64,000 nucleotides of DNA from Minisyncoccota bacterium (GTDB lineage Bacteria > Patescibacteriota > Minisyncoccia > Phycocordibacterales > UBA2100), in NCBI GenBank assembly GCA_031291875.1, contig JARLIE010000040.1, positions 67,011-131,010 of the forward strand. Reading direction: 5' to 3'. The notes under the pieces are model-generated. The model did no database searches. It saw only the letters and a program-made list of their open reading frames with translations, and had not been told where the DNA came from. A program made the translations under genes and the position numbers. Shown here one piece after another: positions 19,166 to 28,178 of this stretch (within the stretch, counting starts at the first letter, position 1; every line of letters begins with the position of its first letter).

Positions 19166-19542
19166 AAAACTATTTCGAAGAAATCGGTGCTTGGCCTCGC
19201 TCACACAACATCGCCGGTTCGTACGCCGTCGGCTTCGCGCTCTCGCTCATGCTGACATTCGCGGCGTATGAGTTCGTCGTGCAAAACGCGCTGCCCCATG
19301 GGTGGCTCGTAGCAGTAGTCGTGGGTGCCGCAATTTTGCAGTTCATCGTGCAGGTATATTGTTTTCTCCACATAGGAACCGACTCGAGTACGCGCGAGCG
19401 ACTTTTCGCGCTTTCGTTTGCAGGACTCTTGATGCTGATTCTCGTCTCCGGATCACTCTGGATCATGTTCGATCTCAATGGTCGTATGAGGCCGGATAGC
19501 ACGCAGATGGTGCAATATATGAACGACCAAGGTGGTTTCTAA
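19162..19542 (+). CDS. cyoD: Cytochrome bo3 oxidase subunit IV
   Basis: Y..GF.LS..LT, Q...FLH and GSLWIM motifs. Confidence 0.93.
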   Translation: MKNYFEEIGAWPRSHNIAGSYAVGFALSLMLTFAAYEFVVQNALPHGWLVAVVVGAAILQFIVQVYCFLHIGTDSSTRERLFALSFAGLLMLILVSGSLWIMFDLNGRMRPDSTQMVQYMNDQGGF

Positions 19543-19545
19543 CCT

Positions 19546-20412
19546 ATGATCAAAGCCTACTATCGTCTCTCGAAGCCTGGCATCGTATACGGGAATTTGC
19601 TCACGACGATCGCCGCATTTTTGTACGCTTCGCGTTGGGGACTGGTTTCATGGGATGCGTGGATCGTGTTTCTTGCAACCGTCTTTGGACTCGGGCTTGT
19701 TATTGCCTCCGCCTGCGTGTTCAATAATTTTATCGATCGGGACATTGATCGAAAAATGAAACGCACGAAGAATCGCGCACTCGCAACCGGCGAGCTATCC
19801 AACGAGAACGCGCTTCTGTTTGCCACAATCATCGGTCTTATCGGCTTAACTCTCCTCATCGCCTTCGTGAACCTGCTGAGTGCGTTCATCGCGTTCGTCG
19901 GTTTCGCGGTCTATGTCTTCGCCTACACGCTTCTGAAACGCACCACGGCGTGGGCGACGGAAATTGGAAGTATCTCCGGAGCCGTTCCGATTCTTGTCGG
20001 TTACACGGCCGTGACGAATCGTTTCGATCTGGTCGCACTCATGCTCTTCGCGATCATGATTTTCTGGCAGATGCCGCATTTTTTTGCGATCGCACTCTTT
20101 CGTTTCGACGACTATGCTGCGGCGAATATTCCGACGCTGCCGCTCAAAAAAGGCGCACGTGTTACTAATATTCGCGCGCTCATCTATATCGTGCTCTTTG
20201 CAATTGGCGTGCTCGCGCTCACGGTACTTGGTTACGCCGGGTACTGGTATCTCGTGGTAGTGGAGATCGCGGCAGTCGTATGGTTTTGGCGAGGCACGCA
20301 AGGATTCGCTGCGGTGCATACTGAAGCCTGGGCCCGTAAATTTTTCTTCACCTCACTTGTCGTGCTTCTGGTTTTTGCAGCGATGCTTTCAATCGCGAAT
20401 CTCGTATTCTAG
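19546..20412 (+). CDS. cyoE: Protoheme IX farnesyltransferase (heme o synthase)
   Basis: KPGI, DRDIDRKMKRTKNR and FWQMPHF UbiA-family motifs. Confidence 0.96.
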   Translation: MIKAYYRLSKPGIVYGNLLTTIAAFLYASRWGLVSWDAWIVFLATVFGLGLVIASACVFNNFIDRDIDRKMKRTKNRALATGELSNENALLFATIIGLIGLTLLIAFVNLLSAFIAFVGFAVYVFAYTLLKRTTAWATEIGSISGAVPILVGYTAVTNRFDLVALMLFAIMIFWQMPHFFAIALFRFDDYAAANIPTLPLKKGARVTNIRALIYIVLFAIGVLALTVLGYAGYWYLVVVEIAAVVWFWRGTQGFAAVHTEAWARKFFFTSLVVLLVFAAMLSIANLVF

Positions 20413-20417
20413 GGCGG

Positions 20418-20454
20418 CAAAAAGAAAGCGGCGCGAACCGAAGGTTCGCGCCGC
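20418..20454 (-). terminator. Intrinsic terminator for the PLP-enzyme gene (convergent with cyoE)
   Basis: GCGGCGCGAACC-gaa-GGTTCGCGCCGC with T-tract on the minus strand. Confidence 0.85.
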
Positions 20455-20461
20455 GTTGGTT

Positions 20462-21481
20462 TCAGGAAGCTTCAAGTAATCGCTCGATCGGAATGTTCGA
20501 GGAAAAGAAGTCCCGATGTTCGTTCAAGGTGCTGCGGTACAAGTCCCCGTAGGGCCGGTAGTCGTCCGGACAGAGGAACACGAGGTTGATTCTCTCGTCC
20601 GGACCGCGGAATTGCTCGAGCGTTTCCGAGAGTGCATGCTGGTGCAGAAAACGCAGGGCAACCGAGTAGGCGAGACCGGAAGTCGGGCCGCCCGGCGTCC
20701 ATTCGACCTCCGGGAACATCGCATAGCTAGCCAGAAACGCTTGGTAGCGCGTCGCCGTCATTTGATGCTCGAAGGTATCCGGCGTGGCGAAGCGCACGTC
20801 GCGCATCACTCGAACTTTGTCGCGAGCTCCGGGGATCTCGTGACCGTTTTCGCACAACGCGAGCACGAGTTTGGTTTTCAGCTCATGCTCCTCGATATAG
20901 CGCTGCAGCCCGGTGATCGTGCCCAGCGTGCCGCCGGCGACGACGACGAGATCGATTCTTCCATTGTTCTCGTCGAAGAGCTGCGGGGCAAGATACTTCA
21001 TCTGCGCGATGGGGTTTGCTTGCTCCGAATACTGGTCGACATTGCACCAGCCGGGTTGTTCTCCCTGTTCGCGTGCGTACTGCACGGTGCTGGAAGTGAC
21101 CTGCCGGGTATTGATCGGGTCGCCGAGAGCCGTGATGACGCCGACCTTGCTGCTGGGCGTGTCGTTCTGCATCACGAGTTCGCAATACAGTCCGAGCGCT
21201 TTGCACAGCTGTGCGATGCCGAGGCCGGTATTGCCGCTCGTGGCGGCAACGATCTTGGTCGATTTGTGAATCTTCTCGGCCCGAATCAGGGCGCTGATCA
21301 GCTCGTACGCCACAGGAGCTTTCGAGTTGAAAGTATCCCCGTACAGGAATCCCGGCCGGATCGTCACGTTCGCTTTCGCAAAGAAAGCCGAAGCGCTCTC
21401 GATTTTTGACCCCAGGCGCACGAGGGTGCGCCGAGCCGGATTGAAGCGTTCGAGGGCAGGGTGGAAGGTAAGATCGTCCAT
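20462..21481 (-). CDS. Divergent PLP-dependent cysteine synthase-like (fold type II) enzyme
   Basis: ATSGNTGLGIA, putative PLP Lys in FNSKAP, AGGTLGT loop and GPTSG; SD AGAGAGG and TTGCGA-17-TAGTAT promoter. Confidence 0.8.
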   Translation of the reverse strand: MDDLTFHPALERFNPARRTLVRLGSKIESASAFFAKANVTIRPGFLYGDTFNSKAPVAYELISALIRAEKIHKSTKIVAATSGNTGLGIAQLCKALGLYCELVMQNDTPSSKVGVITALGDPINTRQVTSSTVQYAREQGEQPGWCNVDQYSEQANPIAQMKYLAPQLFDENNGRIDLVVVAGGTLGTITGLQRYIEEHELKTKLVLALCENGHEIPGARDKVRVMRDVRFATPDTFEHQMTATRYQAFLASYAMFPEVEWTPGGPTSGLAYSVALRFLHQHALSETLEQFRGPDERINLVFLCPDDYRPYGDLYRSTLNEHRDFFSSNIPIERLLEAS

Positions 21482-21585
21482 GTTGGACCTCTCTTGGTTG
21501 CACACGATGTGACCGCGCTTGCGGTCCTGCGGGGATACTACTCTCCTGGGTCGGCTTTCGCAAAGCCTGTGCTACGATGCCCGAA

Positions 21586-21924
21586 ATGAGATACAAGGGC
21601 ATTGTTCAAAAAGGCAGAGAGTACGGCAAAACGCTCGGTTTTCCGACGCTTAACATAAAAATCGACGGCGATGCCGTCTCGGGCATTTTTGCGGCCAATG
21701 TAACGATTGAGGCGAAAACGTATCCGGCCGCCGCCTACACCGACCTTTCACGCGGTGTTCTTGAGGCATATCTTCTGGATTACTCGGGAGATTTGTACGG
21801 CAAGGAAATTGAAATCGAGCTCTTAAAAAAGATTCGCGAAGACGAAACATTTGCCGACGAGGCCTCGCTCAAGACGGCGATCGCCGCTGATGTTGCAAAG
21901 ATCCGAGAATACTTTACTTTGTAA
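21586..21924 (+). CDS. Monofunctional riboflavin kinase (RibF C-terminal domain only)
   Basis: G.VQKG..GKTLGFPTLN, EAYLLDYSGDLYG and IR.E.F motifs; start chosen from the -10 box (alternative 21577). Confidence 0.9.
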   Translation: MRYKGIVQKGREYGKTLGFPTLNIKIDGDAVSGIFAANVTIEAKTYPAAAYTDLSRGVLEAYLLDYSGDLYGKEIEIELLKKIREDETFADEASLKTAIAADVAKIREYFTL

Positions 21925-21927
21925 ACC

Positions 21928-22512
21928 ATGTTCGCAGGCATCGTGCAGGCTAGCGCGCGCGTCAAAGCGCTCGAAGAAGAGAAGAGAATACTTCGCGCAC
22001 GAATCGAAGCACCTCGAAGCTGGAAACTCGAACTCGGCGCGAGTGTGAATATCGACGGTATCTGTTCGACCGTGGTGAAAAAGGGAAGGGGGTATTTCGA
22101 CGTCGAATATATGGCGCAAACACTTTCCAAAACCACCGCGGCTTCGTTTACGAAAGGCCGATTGGTAAACCTCGAGCGCTCCCTCAAGTACGGCCAGTCA
22201 ATCGATGGTCATCCGGTGCAAGGACACGTCGACTGCACAGCGCCGATTACGGAGATCGCAAGGAAAGGAGCTTCTCGGGAGTTGACCATACGACCAAACG
22301 CAAAGCTCGCGCGGCAGGCGGCGCTGCACGGTTCCATCGCGATCAACGGCGTTTCGCTTACGATCGCGAAGAAACACGGCCCGAACATTACCGTCGCGCT
22401 CATTCCATATACGCTCAAACACACGAACCTCGGCACTCTCAAAGCAGGCGATGTGGTCAATGTCGAATTTGACCACTCGCGGGCCTACCTGGATAAGGTG
22501 CGCGGAAGGTGA
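21928..22512 (+). CDS. ribE: Riboflavin synthase (alpha chain)
   Basis: MFAGIV start, VNLERSL, GHPVQGHVD, GSIAINGVSLT and IPYT motifs. Confidence 0.95.
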   Translation: MFAGIVQASARVKALEEEKRILRARIEAPRSWKLELGASVNIDGICSTVVKKGRGYFDVEYMAQTLSKTTAASFTKGRLVNLERSLKYGQSIDGHPVQGHVDCTAPITEIARKGASRELTIRPNAKLARQAALHGSIAINGVSLTIAKKHGPNITVALIPYTLKHTNLGTLKAGDVVNVEFDHSRAYLDKVRGR

Positions 22513-22524
22513 TACCGTTCCGAT

Positions 22525-22986
22525 ATGCAAACAGAAGAATTTTTGAAAAAAATAAAAGCTCGCGACGCTTCGAAGCTCAAAGTCTCCATTGTCGCCTCCA
22601 GGTTCCACTCGGACATTACCGACCCAATGGTTGAAGGTGCGCTCGGGACGCTGAAAGAGTGGAAGGTTAAGGATAAAAACATCACGGTTCGCCGCGTATA
22701 CGGCTCGTTCGACCTTTCGTTCGCCGCTGCTCGCGCGATAAAAAAAGACAAGCCGCATGCAGTCATTGCGATCGGCTGCATCGTGAAGGGAGAAACAAGG
22801 CACGATGAATATATCGCGAACGCGGTATTCAAAGGCCTGACGGATCTCTCGATACAACACGTCATTCCTGTTTCGCTCGGTGTACTCACCGTCAACGATC
22901 TGGCACAAGCGAAAGTCCGCTCGAGCGGAGCGACGAACCACGGCGAAAAAGCCGCAGTCGCAGCGCTCGAAGCCGCGCTTTCGTAG
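22525..22986 (+). CDS. ribH: 6,7-dimethyl-8-ribityllumazine synthase
   Basis: IVASRF, V.GSFDL, IGCIVKGETRH and GVLT motifs. Confidence 0.95.
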   Translation: MQTEEFLKKIKARDASKLKVSIVASRFHSDITDPMVEGALGTLKEWKVKDKNITVRRVYGSFDLSFAAARAIKKDKPHAVIAIGCIVKGETRHDEYIANAVFKGLTDLSIQHVIPVSLGVLTVNDLAQAKVRSSGATNHGEKAAVAALEAALS

Positions 22987-22988
22987 CT

Positions 22989-23963
22989 ATGCGGTCTACC
23001 TCGTTTGCGGTACTCGGTCCCTTGATCGTGTTCGTCGCGGCGATGCTGTGGGCCTCCGACGCTCCGTTTCGTCTGCATCTCACGCTGGCGCTCTCGTCGA
23101 ACTTCATCGTGTTCGGCGAGCATTTTTTTGATTGTCTCGTAGCGCTTCCGATTCTGTTTTTCAACTGGAACGATATAACAAAGCTCTCATGGCGCGAGTG
23201 GCTTGCGGTCGGCTTTATCGCAATCGGCGGCTCGGCACTCGCGTCGATTCTCTTTACGGAATCGTTCCACTACGTGAATCCATCGGTCGCTATCGTGCTC
23301 CAGAAAGTGCAGCCGCTCATCGCGATTGCACTCGCATGGGCAGTCCTTGGAGAAAAACTCCACCCGCGCTTTTGGCTTTGGGGTAGTATCGCGCTCGTTG
23401 GCGCGTATCTCGTGAGTTTCCCGAACCTGGTTCCCCAAACGTATGCGGGAGAAACGTTCAACCCCAACCTTCTCGGCGCGCTCTATGCGCTTTCTGCGGC
23501 CGCACTCTGGGGCGCATCGACTGTTTTCGGCAAGTACGTGTTGCAAAAGGCAGCGTTCCAAACGATGACTGGACTGCGTTTCGTTGTTGCCTTCGTCTTT
23601 CTTGGAGTTCTCAACGGCGTACAGGGGACCTTTCCCGATTTTGCGACACTAACGTCCACCGACTATTTCTTTATCGCTATCATCGCCCTGTGTTCGGGAG
23701 TTTTTTCCCTCTATTTATATTACTTCGGGCTCAAATACACCCGCGCCTCGATCGCTACTATCGCGGAGCTTGGCTTCCCGCTCGCTGCTGTATTCGTCAA
23801 CGCCTACTTCATACCGGGCAATTGGGCGCCGGGCTCGACGCTCGGCTTGTATGCGGGCCAGTGGGCAGGGACGTTGATTCTACTGCTCTCCATGTTCATG
23901 CTTTCTCGAGTTAATCGAGAGGAATCCTCCCTGGCCGAAGGCAGGTCCCTCCAAACCATATGA
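22989..23963 (+). CDS. DMT/EamA family transporter, putative riboflavin or precursor importer
   Basis: Two EamA repeats, ~10 TM; embedded in the rib operon. Confidence 0.85.
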   Translation: MRSTSFAVLGPLIVFVAAMLWASDAPFRLHLTLALSSNFIVFGEHFFDCLVALPILFFNWNDITKLSWREWLAVGFIAIGGSALASILFTESFHYVNPSVAIVLQKVQPLIAIALAWAVLGEKLHPRFWLWGSIALVGAYLVSFPNLVPQTYAGETFNPNLLGALYALSAAALWGASTVFGKYVLQKAAFQTMTGLRFVVAFVFLGVLNGVQGTFPDFATLTSTDYFFIAIIALCSGVFSLYLYYFGLKYTRASIATIAELGFPLAAVFVNAYFIPGNWAPGSTLGLYAGQWAGTLILLLSMFMLSRVNREESSLAEGRSLQTI

Positions 23964-24382
23964 CTCGGATCATGGTGTTCGGCACGTTCGATATGGTTCA
24001 TCCGGGCCATGAAAATCTTTTCCAACAGGCAAGAGCGCTTGCACAGGAGCCGCACTTGATTGTCTCGATCGCGACCGACAAAAACGTCGAACGCATAAAA
24101 GGCAAAAAGCCGCGGCATTCGCAAACCGAGCGTCGAGCGCTCGTGGCCGCGAACCCGCTGGTCGACGAGGCGGTGATAGGAGACGAAGCGGGGTACGTTG
24201 AGCATATTCGCGCGCTACGGCCGGACATAATCGCGCTTGGTTACGATCAGACCGGGGAATACGTGGATACACTGCAGGAAGATTTGACGAAGGCAGGACT
24301 TAGCGTCAATGTTATGAGATTGCAGGCATTTGAACCGGAGCGGTTCAAGACCTCCAAACTTCATGACGAACGAAACCGATGA
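23960..24382 (+). CDS. Cytidylyltransferase-family FAD synthase (archaeal RibL-like)
   Basis: [11 protein letters not shown] (HxGH) and [10 protein letters not shown] motifs; rib operon context. Confidence 0.8.
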   Translation: MTRIMVFGTFDMVHPGHENLFQQARALAQEPHLIVSIATDKNVERIKGKKPRHSQTERRALVAANPLVDEAVIGDEAGYVEHIRALRPDIIALGYDQTGEYVDTLQEDLTKAGLSVNVMRLQAFEPERFKTSKLHDERNR

Positions 24383-24923
24383 GATGATCGCTGCACGCGT
24401 GCAAAACGGAGACGTTGAAAGCTTCAGTGCGCTCGTGGAGCGCTATGAGGACAAGCTTACGCGCTACGCACGCAAATTCTTGCGCGATCCGGACGACGCC
24501 AAAGACATCATCCAGGAGGTGTTCATTAAGGCATTCGAAAATATCCAGAGTTTCGACGCGACGCGACGTTTTTCCCCATGGATCTACCGCATCGCGCACA
24601 ATGAATTCGTAAATGCCATCAAAAAGCGAGCCAGGGGTCCCGTACTCGGCATAGATTTCGATGTTGTATTTCCGCATCTTGCGGCGACCGACACCGCCGA
24701 CGATACGGCACTCGAGCGCGACACGAAGGAATTGCTCGAGCAGTGCCTCGACGAACTAGAACCGAAATATCGGGAGCCGCTGGTTTTGTATTATTACGAA
24801 GGGGTAAGTTACAAAGATATGGCTGATATTTTGCGTATACCGATGTCGACGGTTGGCGTGCGACTCGCAAGAGGGAAGGCGCAGCTACGGAAAGTTGCAG
24901 CAAAGAAAAACCTATATGATTGA
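24363..24923 (+). CDS. ECF sigma-70 factor
   Basis: [24 protein letters not shown] and region-4 [10 protein letters not shown]. Confidence 0.93.
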   Translation: MTNETDEMIAARVQNGDVESFSALVERYEDKLTRYARKFLRDPDDAKDIIQEVFIKAFENIQSFDATRRFSPWIYRIAHNEFVNAIKKRARGPVLGIDFDVVFPHLAATDTADDTALERDTKELLEQCLDELEPKYREPLVLYYYEGVSYKDMADILRIPMSTVGVRLARGKAQLRKVAAKKNLYD

Positions 24924-25623
24924 ACAAGATCCCAAAAAAGCGCTTACTCGGGGCGTAATGGACGCTATCCACTCGGGACGCGTACAAATGCGTCCGCGCT
25001 GGAAGTTCGTACTTTCGGGTGTTTTGGCTGCGCTCGGCGTCGCGATTTTACTGTTCACACTGCTTTTCATTGTAAGTTTCGCGATTTTCACCCTGCGTCA
25101 AACGGGCGCGTTGTTCGTGCCTGAATTCGGTATGCGCGGCGTTTTCGTGTTTTTCGCGGCTCTGCCGTTCATACTCCTCGCACTCCTTCTAGTCTTCGTT
25201 ATCGTTCTCGAGGTATTGGTTAGGCGGTACCGGGTAGGGTACCGTACCCCGCTTCTCGTTTCGGTACTCGCTATTTTGATCATTATTGGACTCGGCGGGC
25301 TAGGTATTGAGCGTACCCGCGTTCATGAAATGATTTTGCGGGAGGCAATGATGCCCGGAGAGCTTCCGCCACCGATCGCGATCATGTATCGCACCGGCGC
25401 ACAGCATATACCCGACGTGTACCGCGGAACGATTGTTGCGATGATGCCGGGAGGATTCGTGCTCTTGGACGAAAACGGCGCCGGTACCACCAGCGTGCTT
25501 TTAAGCCCGCTCACCCAGCTTCCGCCCGGGACAATTCTGCAGCCTTCCGAACAGGTGGTGGTCTTCGGCGATGGAGATTCCACGACCATACGCGCGATGG
25601 GCATCGTGCAGATTACGGATTGA
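24916..25623 (+). CDS. Membrane protein, putative anti-sigma factor
   Basis: Overlaps the ECF sigma stop; 3 TM plus an extracellular OB-like C-terminus. Confidence 0.65.
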   Translation: MIEQDPKKALTRGVMDAIHSGRVQMRPRWKFVLSGVLAALGVAILLFTLLFIVSFAIFTLRQTGALFVPEFGMRGVFVFFAALPFILLALLLVFVIVLEVLVRRYRVGYRTPLLVSVLAILIIIGLGGLGIERTRVHEMILREAMMPGELPPPIAIMYRTGAQHIPDVYRGTIVAMMPGGFVLLDENGAGTTSVLLSPLTQLPPGTILQPSEQVVVFGDGDSTTIRAMGIVQITD

Positions 25624-25631
25624 AATAATCT

Positions 25632-25768
25632 GCACGAGGCGGTAGTAGTAGAGATAGCTGGCATCCCTTCGCGCCTCTTGCGCAGAAGGACCCAGCGATT
25701 GGGGTTCCACAAGAATTCCAAGCGAGCGCCTGTCTCCTGACCCCGAGGCAGGCGATTCGCATTTGTGC
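25632..25768. ncRNA. Candidate structured RNA (three adjacent hairpins)
   Basis: Stems 25657-25696, 25699-25721 and 25722-25760; family not recognised. Confidence 0.4.
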
Positions 25769-25780
25769 TATGTTCATCGA

Positions 25781-26179
25781 ATGAAATACTTAGGTATCGA
25801 CTTCGGCTCGAAGCGTATTGGCATTGCCGTCTCGAACGCCGAGGGCTCGATTGCGTTTCCTCGCTCAACACTTTTGAATGATGACAAGCTTTTTGCCGGA
25901 CTCGGGAAACTCATCGAATCCGAAAAGATAGAACGGATCGTCGTCGGCGACACTCGTTCGCATGGCGGAGGCGAAAACCCAGTGACGGCTCAAGCGGAGA
26001 AGTTCATGGAACGTCTTGCACAAGAGACGGGCAAGCCGGTTGCGCCTGCTTTTGAGGTTTTTTCATCCATAGAAGCTTCGCGCTACGCGCCCTATACGCC
26101 CGGAGCAAGACAGCATGATGATTCCGCAGCTGCAGCGGTTATTTTGCAAAGATTTTTAGATATGCACGGCTCGCGGTAG
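25781..26179 (+). CDS. ruvX: YqgF/RuvX family nuclease (pre-16S rRNA maturation)
   Basis: LGIDFGSKRIGIA and DSAAAAVILQRFL motifs. Confidence 0.93.
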   Translation: MKYLGIDFGSKRIGIAVSNAEGSIAFPRSTLLNDDKLFAGLGKLIESEKIERIVVGDTRSHGGGENPVTAQAEKFMERLAQETGKPVAPAFEVFSSIEASRYAPYTPGARQHDDSAAAAVILQRFLDMHGSR

Positions 26180-26188
26180 AATCCTGCT

Positions 26189-26521
26189 ATGCCAGAGAAG
26201 ATCTCCTACGATGATTTCGCGAAGCTCGACATTCGAATCGGGCGAGTGATTGCCGCCGAAATGGTTCCGGATGCCGATAAGCTCATCAAATGCACCGTCG
26301 ATTTCGGCGAGCTTGGACAACGCACCATCGTTTCGGGCATCGCGCTCTGGAAAAAGCCTGAAGAATTGGTCGGCAAACAACTCCCGTACATCGTCAATCT
26401 CGAGCCTCGCATGCTGCGCGGTGTCGAAAGTGCGGGCATGCTGATCGCTGCTTCCGATGAGCAAGGCGTCGCACTCCTCCAACCGGAGCGTGAGATTCCC
26501 CCAGGTACCAAACTCAAGTAA
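26189..26521 (+). CDS. Stand-alone tRNA-binding OB-fold protein (Trbp111/MetRS C-terminal domain-like)
   Basis: ISYDDFAKLDIRIG, RTIVSGI and NLEPRMLRGVESAGM motifs. Confidence 0.9.
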   Translation: MPEKISYDDFAKLDIRIGRVIAAEMVPDADKLIKCTVDFGELGQRTIVSGIALWKKPEELVGKQLPYIVNLEPRMLRGVESAGMLIAASDEQGVALLQPEREIPPGTKLK

Positions 26522-26551
26522 GCGAGTGCAGCTCGATGATATAATTTGAAG

Positions 26552-27664
26552 ATGCATCGCGCTCTTTCTGAACGCGCAAGCGGAGTCGGCCAGACGCTCT
26601 CGCGCATGTTCCCGACTCCGAAATTCCTCATGCCGCACGCTGCCGGCGTGGACATTTCTGATGCGTCGATCAAATGGATTGTATTGAGCGAAACGCAGCC
26701 GGGAAAACGTCGCGTCGAAGCGTGGGGCCAAGAACAGCTCCCTGAAGGAGTCGTCTCTTCTGGGGTTATCAACGACGAAGCCCGTCTGATAGAGGTGCTT
26801 AAAACGGTTCGACGAAAGATGCCTCGGGTCGCGGGCGTGCACGTTGCGTTGCCGGAGGAACCGGCGTTCGTCTTCGGCATGAACGTCCCGCTCGGATCCA
26901 CCCGTAAAGAGATTATCGATCTCATTGGGTTTGAGTTCGAGACGCGAGTACCGATCCCTCCCGCGGAGGCCGTGTACGATTTCGATATAATTCCGTGGCA
27001 GGAAGGGGAGTCCCAGGAAGTCGGTGTGGTGGTATTTCCTCGAGAACTCTCAGAGAGTTACGCGCACTGCCTCGCTGAAGCGGGATTCTTGGTGTTTTCG
27101 TTTGAAATTGAACCCCGTGCAATTGCCCGCGCGACCGTTTCGCGAGAGCAGGCCACCAAGGTCGCACTTCTCGTAGATTTCGGCGCCAAACGTTCCGGGC
27201 TTGCCGTATTGAAGGCCGGGATTCCAATCTTTACCTCCACGGTCGATGTCGGCGTCGACCGCATTGATCAGGTGCTTTCGGAGCAGCTCCACCTTTCGCC
27301 CGAGCAGCTGCGCGTTTGGAAAAACGAACAGGGACTTTTACCGTCTGAGGGTCAGAAATCGGGCTTGGAAGTTCTCTCGGGTGTCGCAAGCTCGCTCGGC
27401 AGCGAGGTGGCGAGGCATTTCAATTACTGGGATACACGACGCAACGACCGCGGCGAGCGGGTGACGCCTGTTTCGACCGTACTCTTGGTCGGGGGAGGCG
27501 CGAATTTGAAAGGTCTCGGCGATTACATTGCGGGACGCGTGCAGGCTGAAGTGGTGCGGCCCAACGTATGGCAGCACGTTTGTTCGTTCGAGGAATATAT
27601 TCCACCCATCAACCGACGTACGTCGCTGCAATACGCAACGGCGATCGGGCTCGCGCTGCGCTAA
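26552..27664 (+). CDS. pilM: Type IV pilus assembly protein PilM
   Basis: Actin-like fold motifs GVDISDASIK, VDFGAKRS, LVGGGANLKGL and terminal AIGLALR. Confidence 0.9.
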   Translation: MHRALSERASGVGQTLSRMFPTPKFLMPHAAGVDISDASIKWIVLSETQPGKRRVEAWGQEQLPEGVVSSGVINDEARLIEVLKTVRRKMPRVAGVHVALPEEPAFVFGMNVPLGSTRKEIIDLIGFEFETRVPIPPAEAVYDFDIIPWQEGESQEVGVVVFPRELSESYAHCLAEAGFLVFSFEIEPRAIARATVSREQATKVALLVDFGAKRSGLAVLKAGIPIFTSTVDVGVDRIDQVLSEQLHLSPEQLRVWKNEQGLLPSEGQKSGLEVLSGVASSLGSEVARHFNYWDTRRNDRGERVTPVSTVLLVGGGANLKGLGDYIAGRVQAEVVRPNVWQHVCSFEEYIPPINRRTSLQYATAIGLALR

Positions 27665-27668
27665 TGCT

Positions 27669-28175
27669 ATGAACCTGCTTCCGCAAGAATTTCAAAAAAA
27701 TATCCGCGGCGAACTCCGCGCGCGCTTTTTGCTCATGTTTTCGATCGTGCTTTTTTGCGCGGCAGCGCTCTCCGCACTCGCGCTCGCACCGGCTGAAGTG
27801 GGGCTCCTGTTCTCCTCGACCCCGACCGTCGACACAACCCAAAGTAGCATCGACGCGAAGCAAGATGCTGCAGCCGTTGCGCATACCAAGGCGCTCCTTG
27901 CTCTCGTTAGTACGTTCACTGCCACGTCATCACTCGACGATATTTTGGCAGCGCTTTCGCAAGAAGGTCCTGGCACGAAGATCGATAACATTGCGTACTC
28001 GATCAGCGGCTCCACGCTCACCCTCGCTGGCCGCTCGGCGACACCTGATGAGGTCAATACGTTTCGTCAAAATCTGGAAAGTGATTTGCGATTCACCCAA
28101 GTCTCTGTCCCGGTTTCCGCGCTCCTTGGTTCTCAGAATGGCGATTTCACGATCACTATGAAAGTCACACAATAA
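27669..28175 (+). CDS. PilN-like pilus assembly protein
   Basis: N-terminal MNLLP motif, single TM, follows pilM. Confidence 0.8.
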   Translation: MNLLPQEFQKNIRGELRARFLLMFSIVLFCAAALSALALAPAEVGLLFSSTPTVDTTQSSIDAKQDAAAVAHTKALLALVSTFTATSSLDDILAALSQEGPGTKIDNIAYSISGSTLTLAGRSATPDEVNTFRQNLESDLRFTQVSVPVSALLGSQNGDFTITMKVTQ

Positions 28176-28178
28176 TCT

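Noticed and set aside
3074-21500. Intact integrative element or prophage at tRNA-Ser
   Set aside because: No integrase, transposase, phage genes or direct repeat of the tRNA 3' end was seen
21541-21585. FMN riboswitch upstream of the rib operon
   Set aside because: No room and no RFN consensus; the -10 box sits 7 nt from the start codon
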